A program made the translations under genes and the position numbers. This document shows, piece after piece, positions 44,601 through 56,495 of a DNA stretch of 64,000 nt. Source of the DNA: Lingula anatina (lineage: Eukaryota; Animalia; Brachiopoda); the NCBI GenBank assembly GCA_051362555.1, contig CM120641.1, positions 39,066,401 to 39,130,400 on the forward strand, read 5' to 3'. How positions within the stretch are numbered: position 1 is the stretch's first letter; every line of letters begins with the position of its first letter. Below the pieces are notes generated by a model, which saw nothing but the letters and a program-made list of their open reading frames with translations, did no database searches and was not told where the DNA came from.

Positions 44601-47600
44601 ACTGGTTCAGACTAGAATAACATAAATTTTTTTAAATCTTTAGGATCAGAAAAAAACATGGGGCCATGCTGTGTATTTCTGTATGGAACAAGCCAAAGAT
44701 TACAAAAGACTGCTGCAAGCACAGAGAGCTGCAATGTAAGTTATGTGGTTTTTGATGTTGTAGAATTTATGACATAAAACTATGATAGTATATTGAAAAA
44801 TGTTTAGTTTACCGAATGTTTTTACTCTCTTGTTCATTTAATCTCTTTTTTCTTCAGGTTGAACTTACTAAGAAACAACTCAATATTCACCAAGCTGAAA
44901 ACACAAATGACAACAGAAATTACCAAGTTGATGGCCAAGATCGACTTCTCTAAAGAAAGGTAATTTCTGAGAAATTGCAAATTGCTCTCTCCAATACTGA
45001 TTTGATTTTCTTCAAGTTGTAAAAAACAGAGGTACTATATGATATTTATTTCAAATAATTTCCATTAAGATGCTTTTGATCTTTCTTTTCAATTTTTGTT
45101 AATTTTTATTTCATCTCATTCAGTATTACTCAAGACATAGAGAGATACGAAGAGCAGGAAAGATCCGGAGGTTTATGTAAGTCTCGTTAAGAAGAGGGTA
45201 GATATTAACCCAGGCAGAAAAATAATGTCTTAGTTTTGTTTCCATATTTGGTAGCTGTGTTAGTAGAAAGTGTATAAGGAAAATATCATGTACAGTACAG
45301 GCAAATGCAGTTACTTTAACTGTATTGTTCATTTTTATGCACTTAAAGTAACATATGAAGTCAAATCTTTGCCACTTAACACAACCAAAGGCATCTAGGC
45401 TCACTTCATATTTACTTAAACAAATTTTTGGAAACAGACTTTTCACTTTGATGTCAAACTGTTTTTCAGAAAGGGAAAAGCCTTGATTTTAGGTACATGG
45501 AATTATAGACATACCTATCCTGTCAGCCTGAGATATGTTTTAAAGTAATTCATAGTCTTTGACACTTTCTTATTAGCATCTGAGAAGCTGAAAAAAAGTT
45601 GGACAATGATGAAAGAAGAAATAATGAAGTACACAAAACTGGTAAGATATTTTTTCTGTGTGCTGTAATACTTATGTTTAAACAATGTCAGATGCAAGAA
45701 AAACATAATATAACATTTATAATATAAAAAAATGAATTAGTATTTTGTCATGAGTAAAAGATTCTTTTAAATCTGTTCATAGGCGAATTTGGACATTGAT
45801 AGTCAAAAGACTTTTTTAGTGTATCCACAAGGAAATGTCTCAATTTCTAATGAAATAAGCCCCAATTATACTGGTTATGACAAAAAGATAATGTCTCAAA
45901 TTTTGATGAATCGAGTACCTTTCTCTGTGAGGTCAGAATAAGATGGTGCATGACCCTCTCAGATTTTGATGAAAATTTGTGTATTTGCTCATTATAGACC
46001 CAAACCAACATAATGGATATTAATTTGTTTGTATCAACCTTGGTTGCCAATGGTAACAGCACTTAAATTAAAATTTTGAATGATACTGGTTGTTACATAT
46101 AGCTGATGTGCTGTTGTCATGTGTTCCAGCAACAACAGGTCAATGACCTGGAGGTTCACACTCAAGGACTGCAGACCAAGATAGTAGAGTTACAGAGAAG
46201 TCCCTATGCTAGAACAAAACAGACAGATACACTGGGTGAAATGTAAGTTTTTAAATGCAAGCTTTTATTCATCTTATGAGTTATCAAAATGATTTTTCAA
46301 AATTGAAAAATATCTGTCCATTATGATGTGGATATACAGGTGGTTCTTTGATGAAAGTGAATCCCAAGAGTTCAGTCAGTTTTATAACTATAAGAATGGT
46401 AGTTAAAGGGACAAAAAATAGGATTAAAAACGCCTTTTTAGTGCATGGATTGCTTCTTTTTTAACTTATCTGAGAACAATTGCTATGGGTAAAGCATAAA
46501 ATGGCAGGTAAATGGCCTTAATCAATATCGAAAAAAAGAATCATATTCACCGTCCACTTTCGAACCCCGGGCGTCAGCCATCTTGACACAGTTTGAAATA
46601 ACGCGGCTTCTCGACTCAGATACGAGATGTAAACAATGCAGACAGCATGTCGTTTCGAAGGTGAGCGTGGACGTGAAGGAGAAGAGGAATTGCTCACCGA
46701 ATCTTTGCAGGTAAGCGAGTTATATTTACCAAAAGTACTTTAAAATGGGAAGATGGCAGTGGAAATCAAAATGTCTGGCAGAGGAAGTTAAAAAGCGTAG
46801 ATAACTGCTAATAATTAACGTTTCCTCGGGTAACGCACTCGCAGCCATATCACTCGCACTGGGTACGTACTACTAGTTATATGAAGCGAGATAGTGCACT
46901 TTACCCCTGAGGTGTATAGTTCTGTAAAGCAGGAGGAATACCCTTTTCTGCTCAATGTGGTCATCTACCAGTATTTACAGACTAACCTCACACCATATTC
47001 TCGCAGGGGAATCCCATGAGATATACAATGTAACTCGAGTACTAGTGGGGATAGAGGGTGTTCTTTGTACGGCACGTAACTACGTTAGCTTATTTGTAAA
47101 TTTAATAATATTGTCAATGAATATGATTATAAGGAATGATTTTTTAGCCTTTCAGAGGAGGAATTGGGTGATACACCCCTTCAAGCACGAGTGAAGAGAT
47201 CAGGTATGTTAATAATTTTAGCAGTATAACATGGGCGGATCCAGGATTATTTGAAAGGGGGGGGGGGGGGGGGTCCGCAGATGCAAAGCCGACCCCCCCC
47301 CCCCCCCCCCCCCCCTAGTTGGCGTGGGGTCCTGGGCCTGCTTAAAACTTTGGTATTTTAGAGGGTGAACAGTGCCATTTGGTACGGTTTAGCACTTTAC
47401 TGTAGTAAATTAGCTAGTCAAAATTCTAATTCCAAGTGGGGAATATTAGTGTGATTTTTTTACATCAGTTCTTTGAAACCATGTGTGATTATGTTATTTC
47501 TTCTTGTGGCCTTTATGATTTAATGCAGCTGCAGATATTTAAATTTAATTTTTTTTTTTTTTTTGCCATAATCAGACTTGCTTCTTTATAATAAGCTGGT

Positions 47601-50600
47601 TATCATGTAGTGATCATGCCCTCTAATTTGTTGATTTTTGTTAAAGAATAGTGCTGTTATGATAATATCAATACATTTTTTTCTTTATAACCATTTTATG
47701 TAATTTTACTATTACAGTGCCTCAAGATATGTCTGGAAAACTCATACCAGGAAGCACTCCAATCTTACAATACTGCATCACTTCAATGTCGGTGTGACAA
47801 GTTGTGTAAAAGACTGCTACAAAAAATTTGCAGCGATGACCACATGATCCACCACCTTTTACCAAAACCGAGTGAACAGTTTTATATAATAATGCCCATG
47901 TACATGGGTTTAAAGTGACAAGACTGAGATCAGCGAGAGCCTCAAGGCCTTTATTTTCTGTGCATTGTCAACTCTTCAATAATTTTATAATTTTGTCAAA
48001 TACATCCAAAGATTCAATTCTAATGCAATACTTGAAAACTTTTTTAGAATATATTTTAATGTCGAACATGTTTTTCTAAGAACTAGCCCTTTAGTAAATT
48101 AACATGTACTATCCAACTGTTATTATTAATTAACATATTGTTATGTACAAAGCAGAAGCTGCAGTATCAATGAAGCATTAACTGGGTAGAGATTATGAAT
48201 GAAATAAAAGTTTAAATATTGAAACATCTTTTATTTATATTTGGCAAAAATACAAGAATAAACAAAGTTTGCTACATGTTTGGAATTTGGCCAAATCATC
48301 TTTATTATTACCTGTCACATGTAATGAATAAGACATACACAGATTCTGTAAGCTAGAATGCATAATTATTTTCATACTCATTAATGCCATCTTCATAAAT
48401 AAGCCTTCTATTCAAGCATTCACAAACTTTCACATTGTGCAGTACACATTGTAGTATGATAACATTTTTGAGAGAGACTTATTAATAGCCAGGCTGTCAT
48501 GTTAAGAGTCTGATGTACATGCAGACCCATGAGGATTGCAGATCAACAAATTATCCCCCTCTCTGTCAGTGTATTGACTCATGTGAGCTGTCTCCATGCA
48601 AAGGGATGTGTCATAAGAAATGACCAACCCAACTTACACAAACATAAATTGTTTCATCAGTAAGATATTCACACATACTTTTCCAAGATGTGCAGGGAAT
48701 AAATAGAAAGGTATAAATATTTCTTTAAAAAATACAGGCATAGCTTCCCTGCATGAATTCTAAATAATGGCTGAGTGGAGAATTGAACACAGGCACAAGT
48801 GTTCACTCAAACCATTTTTGTAGGTCTTAAAAGAAATGACATGCAGTCATTTGCCAAATACAGAATTTTATGCTGTAACAAAGTCACAAAACTGCAACTG
48901 GTGATCTTACAAAATCTAACAACACACTGGTTTAAAATCAAGTTGAAATCACAATATGCCACCAGTACCATATTCCATAATACATTTGATGTCATTTAGA
49001 TTTAAGAAGCAAATGCTGGACCAAAATTGTTTATTCTCAATATCAGGAATATGACTTAGGTTTGGGAGGAAAGACCACCTTGATTTCCAATCTGTCTGCA
49101 TTATAGCATACATGTAAGTGCTAGATGGTTTGAAGTCAGCAGATTATGCTTTGTCACATTGGCAAGATGAGTTCACTGAATATATCCTGTAAGCAGCACT
49201 CGAAAGTCAGGAAAAGTCTCTCACTATCCAACTCGTCCCCGCTTTGGACCCTCAAGAAAAGTTCATCTTTTTTTGGTGGAGAGCCATGGAGTTCCTCTTC
49301 CATGTAAAAAACTCTTCTTCAGGACATCATACTGGCAGTTGCTCATAACCTTTAGGTCTAAAAAAGTAAATCAAAATAATAATAATAATAATTTATTAAG
49401 ATTGCAACCCAGTGGGTTGAAGTTGTACATAGTGTTAAGAAAATTATAATGAAAATAAAGTGAATATTTGCTTGAATAAAACTGAGTTAAAAGACTGCTA
49501 ATTGAACTTTAAAATTATTGTACTTAGGATAAAAGACAACATAATACTATTGGAAATTTAAAAGTGCATACGGAATAAAAGAGCATCAGAATCTGTCGGT
49601 CTTAAATTGTGGCACTTTGTTACTATTGTTTGATCTTAAAAGACGATTGGATTGATCAATAAAGATGTGATTCAGTTTGTCAGAGGATTCAGTTATTTTG
49701 TAAAAGAAAGTTTTGCACAGATCTCTTCGTTTATCTAAAGTACACATATGCCAGGTTCAGGGTTTCATCATAGTATAGGTCAGGGAAAATAATCTTCAAA
49801 GCACGAGTTTGGTCAGTCTCTTAGAGTTTGCATTGCTCTATAGTTAGTCCTGGATGCCACACAGGGCAGGCATATTCTAGAATTGAGTGCACAATACTTT
49901 GGTAAAGCTTAGATCGTTTCAGTTGACGGAGGAAATAGAGTCTTGCATTATGTTTACATTATGTGTCGCCAATTTGGAAAAAAAATTGATAAAAGAGAAA
50001 TCATGCACCTATATGCCTAATATATGAGGAGTGAATATCAGCTTATTAAAATTCTGCTTACTCTAAAGACATGTTTTAGTCCCATGTTGGATCATCAGGA
50101 TCCTTTAATTCCCTCTTCTTCAGCATCTTCCTCCTCTTCCATCTGCACTTCTTCCAGTTCAGGCATACCATAGGAAAAAGTTACCTTGATACTGCAACCA
50201 AAAAAAAAAAAAGCAACAGTACATAAAATAAGATAATCGAGTTTGAGAAAAATTATGTAAAAACATAACTGAAATAAGTATAAAACTCAACTGAAATAAG
50301 TATAAATGCCATTTTTCTCAATATGATCACCTTAGATTATCTAGACTGTCATCTTCAACTGCACTAGTATTAACTACAACTTAATTTTGAAGTTTCTTGA
50401 TCACTTCATATTGGTTTAATCTCCGAAATACTGGTTGGAAGTTAAAATTGTATGATCTAAATAATTACTCTGGACTATTTAATACATTAGAGAGATGTAC
50501 CAAACATAAACATGCAATATCCCCTTTCTGATTTATTTATTTTTAATGTAAAAAGGAGACAAATTGTCTTTAAAATATAAAATCAAAATACTACTATTTA

Positions 50601-53471
50601 TTTTCACTTATAGTTGACATGCCATTTAACATTGGGTTAAACTTAGATACAATAACAGCTTCTGCACATTCATTTTGGGATTTAGATGCCTAAAGAAATA
50701 GCATCTTTGTCATATGTCTTAATTACTGTGGTATGCCTAGATGTTAGAGGCACAAGAAATGTACCCTCGGTAAGTCAAAAATTCGCCCTGGTCATTGTAA
50801 TGTATATGTAATGAGACTAGTATCTCCCACCATGTCCGTTTTTATTTAAACTTTCTTTGCTCTATAAACTAACCCAAACCCTGTCAGAGTCGACATATGA
50901 GCAACATTTGCAATTTCTGTCATCGATACCACTGTATTACCACTCATATTAGTTACAATTTCATGGCATATTTTGACAGACGAGCCTGACAATCGTTAAG
51001 ATATACAACGAACACACGTAAATAAACATAAATCTCTGTGCTTAATAAATATTTTCACTGGTGTCTTATCTCAAAGATTATTGTAAATGGTACTCACAAA
51101 TCCAGTAAATACTTCGCGGCCAGGCCATTCTTCGTATCCATGGCCACCCAAGCAGGTTTTCATCTGCCTTCTTCCTCGCCGGTGTTTATTGTTTGCCTGT
51201 CGTACATTTGCTGATACACTGTTTTACGCATGTTTTTTGTAAAGGCTGTTTCTTTTTTCTTTTTGTATCTGTCTTCGCTTCTTCGAAGGACTCCCAGCAT
51301 AACTGAGCCTCCTGTTTCACGTTGTCCTTTCCCGGCAGCTTGAACTGGTTTTAACTAGGTCGCAATACGAGAATCTCGCGAGATCCGGAAGTCTAGAGAG
51401 CTCAATTATGAAAATGGAGGTGGTTGTTGGTAAACCTCCGCTTAAGCGGAGGTTTTCTTTTTATTGTATTTTCCAAAAATGTTACAGAGCGATGGCGAGT
51501 GCCGGGAATGATAGATTAAAGGTTGGTAAATCGCGGAAAAGTAGTGTTAACCTCGGGATAAATCAGGATAAATCAATTTTGGCGCGAAAATCCTCTTTTG
51601 TGTCCTTTTAAGCCTTTAAAGAGATGAAAACACATAATGAATAAACTGGTCTTTGTGTCAAACAAGTCATGGTGAATGTTTTTGCTTTTAGTGAGGCTGC
51701 TGCTATGAAGCTGTACCAAGAATTGAGGCAAATGGCAAGAGGTATAGCTACAATAGTCTGTCACATCACTTTGTTACATTTGGCTTAGGTTTTGATGATT
51801 TAAATTACATAACATAATAATATTGAATTATTCCTGTAATGCACTTGTTTTGATGCAAGCATAGTGCACCTAGCTCTCAGTATTGCCTTTTTCAGTCAGA
51901 ATAAAGTAATACATTTAGTAGAATATCAATGGAAAACCATCTTGATTTGGTACAGAAGTTATTTACCCAGGCTATGCTGTTGGATGCCCCGATATTTCAG
52001 AAAAGAGGCAGCAGATTTCAGACAACACTGGCATGGTTCAGGCAGTAGTGAGGTGCTACACACAGAGGGACAAACTTACTGGGGATCTCTACCAACATAT
52101 CAGGTGGGTTCTGTGTCACATTCCTTTAGGTTAGGACTAGAATAGTTTTCCAGGTTTCATTACTTTAGATGAGAAAGACAATGATAGGATTACATGTGCT
52201 AGGGTCAGTTTTAAGGCAGTTTTTGGAGAGGGGGGGGGGGGGGGGGGATGGCCAGGCTACATTTGTAGTTGATTTCACAGGTTTTCAGTGTCACTGTTTT
52301 TGTTATTTCTTTGTTGCCATAGAAGCCATTCTCACGAAGACTTTATTCAAACGTTTAATGAACCTCAATTACTATGAAATGCATTCTATTATACTTTCTG
52401 TTTCCAGCAAACTAGCTTCCTGCAAACTTGACATGTCAGACCTTCTTCCTCGAGTTCAAGAAACTATTGATGACATTAAAGCTGGAAGCAGTGTACTGAT
52501 GGCATACCAGAAACAGAGGCAAACAGAGATGTGGACTATGTTGAAGAAACTGGTAAGCAGTTGTGACTCTTTAATGTGTGTGTGTGTGTGTATGTGTGTG
52601 TGTGCGCTTGTTTGTGAATGCATGCATGCATGTGTGTGTAGTCAGTCAATTCACTTTTGGTTAATATCTTATGAATTGCCCAATTAGAAAAATGAAGTGT
52701 ACAACTTTTTATTAGATAAATATGCTGAATGCAGTTCAAAAGCAATGTTGCTGATCAACTTCTTGCAGTTCTTTTTAAAATCATAATTCATAAAATTGGG
52801 GGCAGCTGTAATAAGGACAGTGACATTGCCAGAGGTATCATTGTTCCTAATGCATCTGTTCATAGCTGGTTCATTTCTGGAAACATTACCAGTACATCTT
52901 TATATACTGATCCCAAACTGTTTCAGGTACAGAGGAGCCAGGCTCCAGGCTCTCAGCCTCATTCTCTGACCAGCAGCTTGATGAGGTCAACATCCAGGCA
53001 GAGTGGGAGCAGTGGGGGCAACAGTTTCAGTCAGATGTTCGAGAAAAATATGGAGGCTTCCTCGATGCTTAGGACAGAAAACGAGGACAGCAAAACTAAG
53101 TAGGTCATCTGCATGTAATCTGGTAGTGAAATTGAAGGTTGGCAGCCTATAGGTATTTTTTTGTGTAGTGATTATCAGGCTGTCAGCCCAGTGCATGTGT
53201 GTGGAAAAAAGTAAGATTTTAAAATTTCCAAATATTCATTTCAGTGCATGTTAGGATAAAGTTCATTTTGCCTTCTAGATCCAGTGACATCCTGTTCAAT
53301 GGAATATATCAAATGTAATAGCATTTATTTGATCATTACAGACTGGAGAGCACACTTTCAAGCCTTGTACTTGAGCAGGAGGAATTCTTGTCAGCTGATA
53401 ATCAGTTGCAGTGGGATTTCTTGGCTGAGGAGGAGGCACCCTCTATACAGCAAGGGGCAGACTTGTCTTAG
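38680..53471 (+). CDS. IKK: Inhibitor of NF-kB kinase, IKK-alpha/beta (CHUK/IKBKB) type; 19 coding exons, about 780 aa (770 aa with the alternative exon-16 acceptor)
   Basis: Exons 38680-38790 (LGSGGFGTV), 39097-39312 (VAIKRC...[11 protein letters not shown]), 39745-39903 ([12 protein letters not shown]), 40062-40151 ([25 protein letters not shown]), 40356-40480 (APE...VDYWSFG), 40838-40945, 43177-43312, 43698-43889 (ubiquitin-like domain), 44201-44350, 44644-44735, 44858-44959, 45124-45176, 45577-45641, 46130-46242 (ELQRSP), 51692-51741, 51971 (or 52001)-52103, 52408-52552, 52927-53099, 53342-53471 (LQWDFL, NEMO-binding-like). All introns are GT-AG, phases are consistent, and the frame is open to TAG. 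Confidence 0.95.
41232..43113. mobile_element. 1.9-kb TA-flanked (Tc1/mariner/pogo-like) non-autonomous element in IKK intron 6
   Basis: 24-bp imperfect TIR CGGTAATGTGCCAAGCATTTCGAC vs CGGTAATATGCCAAACAATTCGAC; TA at 41230-41231 and 43114-43115; CpG-richer interior with no intact ORF. Confidence 0.78.
46407..51607 (-). mobile_element. Decayed Kolobok-like DNA transposon in IKK intron 14
   Basis: TTAA on both sides (46403-46406, 51608-51611), purine-purine termini, 19-bp TIR with 16/19 matches (AGGGACAAAAAATAGGATT vs AAGGACACAAAAGAGGATT). Minus-strand coding remnants: [34 protein letters not shown], an acidic exon (about 50100-50190), [12 protein letters not shown] (about 49200) and [14 protein letters not shown] (about 48750), resembling Kolobok transposase segments. 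Confidence 0.72.
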
Positions 53472-56400
53472 CGAAGAATTTGAATGTGCCATTGACATTA
53501 TTTGTATGCATGGAAGGTCCTCCAGACAAGAACTGTTTATTGGAAGATCTCAATTTCCTAAAATTTATGCTCGGAAAAAAATACATTTGGATAGAAGTGG
53601 GCAGAGAGTCAATTAAATGTGTGCATCTATGAACATTTTTCCCACTTTGAATATAGGGATGAGGATGGGGGTAAAGCTCATGCCATTTGACAAGAAGAAT
53701 AAAAACATTATCTTTTTCTGGATTATTTAGTGTAGAATAATTCATATATAAAATGTGCATGTAAAACCTTCTCACACCTGCTGAATTACCAAGAAATTCA
53801 AGCATTGGCACTCCTTTTGACAATTTTATATCTACGTTAGCATAGTATAGATATCAGAGTCATTAATAGGAGTGCTAGCTCATGAATATCATGCTACTGC
53901 TGAATCAGCTGTTGCATAACAATCTTCTTACATATGCTTACATATTTGAGAACTTTTTATTCTCTAGTAGAGTGCATACCATAAAAAAGTTCCTGTATTG
54001 TAGGGTCAATATTGGTGCTAGAGCCTAAAGTGGAGTCAAAAATGAGACCTTACTCTAGTGTCTTATGACAGATGCCTTTGGTGCGTTTTTAGAATATGCA
54101 GGTTTTGTATGTATATATGTATAATATAGTAACAGTGTACAATTCTGCATGTGCTAAGATCATCTACCCAGCCTGATAGACTGTTGTTTGTGTAACCATG
54201 CAGATGATGTTTAATTAATGTTCATGGTTGGTCAAAATGGGAATTTGAGAATAATCACTATAATTTAATATTTGGAAGGTCTGCAATTATTCTCTATAGC
54301 TCGCGATTTATAAATGAATGAAATTGTGATTCACTATCTTGCTGCAGACTACTAAACATGTAGTCAAACACCATGACATTTTCTCTACATTGTAATACAC
54401 TATGTTTACTGTTCCTCACAGAGTGGGTAGGTGGTACTGGTATCATGTAAAATCTACCCACATACATGATGTTATTATAAAACTGTTTACATAAAAAGCT
54501 TATCCATGTAGCTTTAGATACATAAGGTAAAACATAAAGAGTTTTCTACAACATCAATTATATCAAAATTGGTGTTTTGCTTCATCCAGTTGTTTTAAAC
54601 AATGATGGGCTTCATCTGAAGAAGGCCTTGTGATAAGCTTAAAACACAGTGACCTCATTTCAAGTGTAAGCTCCAGTATGGAATTTGATTATAGTTCCAT
54701 CTTTATCTTAGTCCATATAGTATTATTTTATAGGCATACAATTGGTAAAGGTCAGTCCTCCTGGGAGGACAGTGCTCTGGACAAATCTGCTTAGAACCAA
54801 ACTGGACACTTTTCAAAGCTAACTGACATTGAAGGCTGAAAAAAAAAGACCATTCCCAAGCATAGTATTGTCAGCACTGTTGAACTTTCAGCCATATTTG
54901 GGGGATGCAATATCTGGACACAGGATCCAACGAAAAGCACAAAATTCATAGCCTTTCCAGACTGATGGTGCCGAAGACGTGCATAAAAATAACAAGTTAC
55001 TAAATTGTCTTTCATCTATTATTGACTGCTCTGTAATGTGTCCTTTTAAATGCCTGTGATAAATTGGTGATTTCCTGTCAACAGTATGCAATGACATCTC
55101 ATTTTTTAGGTTCCATTAGAGGTATTAGTATAGAATAATTCATTATATTAAAATCGGCATTCTTTTAAATTTGAACATGTATCAACTTATTCATGACTTG
55201 TCTTTGTCTAAGGCATTCTGCAAGTAGAACTTGATGTACATAAATGGCATATATGTTGAAATCATGCAACAACATACCATGAAATGATTATATATTTAAT
55301 AGCATTAAGTAACAAATGTCTGTAGGTAGTCAACGTTAATTTATTTGATAAAGTTGAGGTTTTTAACTTTACAAATATAAATAGCCATAAGTATATAAAT
55401 GAACCTTTTTGTTTTAAATTTGGTTAAGGTCAAACCTGATTCAGTCCAACAACCTTTGGGCAACATTTGAACTCCAGGACTTAAGAACCCTTAAAAACAA
55501 AAAGTTGAATGGACTGGATTTAGACAAGACTATGATCTTCCCGTCTACATATATTCATACCAAATATGTAAAAAGTGCAGATTAAGAGCATCTAGTCTAG
55601 AAGTTGTTGTTGTTTTTTTTTTTTTTTTGCCATTGGGGAAATTTTTCTTCCTCCAACACAGACTTTTTATCTCATTGAGATTGGCAACACGATCTTAATT
55701 TGCACTTAGTTCATAAAGGATGAAACCTGAATACAAATATCATTAAAAAATTTCACTTTATATGATACAACATATGTAGGAATTACGTAACTATTCTTTC
55801 AGTTAATTTGCTGTTTTTTTGCGTATGTCAGTCAAAGTATACTGTAAAGGAAAATGAATGGTGGATTGATGAAATACTTTCCATTTATAGAACCTAAATA
55901 AATCAATTCCATCCATAGGTGAGGCTTCTGTTTTATTTGCAGCAAACAGGAAACTGGTGACTAGTTATTGTATTCAACATTCAATACCACTGTTCCTAAA
56001 TGTAAAATAATCTGCTGAGATTCTAAGGAAGTATTTAAAGCAAACTTTACATTTAGACATTTTTTAAATTATGGAAGGTTTTGCCTGAGACAATGTTATG
56101 AATGGCTTATATGATAATAAATAACATGAAAATACCTGCATTAAAATCTGTAACATTATCTTACAATAACACTTTCTATATGCTAAATTTGTATATATGG
56201 TCCACTGCAAATCATCACTTCTCTTTGAATGATAATTCAATCACAGACATTTGAAAGAGATAGTATGAAAGTATTAATAATATTTCAAACGGATTGTATG
56301 CCCTACACTTATCTACCTAATGCACACAGAATCTGAGTTACTCTTTATGTAGTGTTTTTCTCAAAGCATTTGTATTCTGTTTGATGCTACAATGAACAAA

Positions 56401-56495
56401 TGAAATGTGAAGATAAGGCAACTTGCATGCAAAATTTAAGTATGTGCATCCTATGAAAAATCTACAGACAATATAAGACAAAATTTTGGGGGAGA

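Noticed and set aside
52169-52687. 172-aa ORF as a separate gene
   Set aside because: Only 52408-52552 is coding (IKK exon 17); the rest is intron read-through over poly-G and (GT)n.
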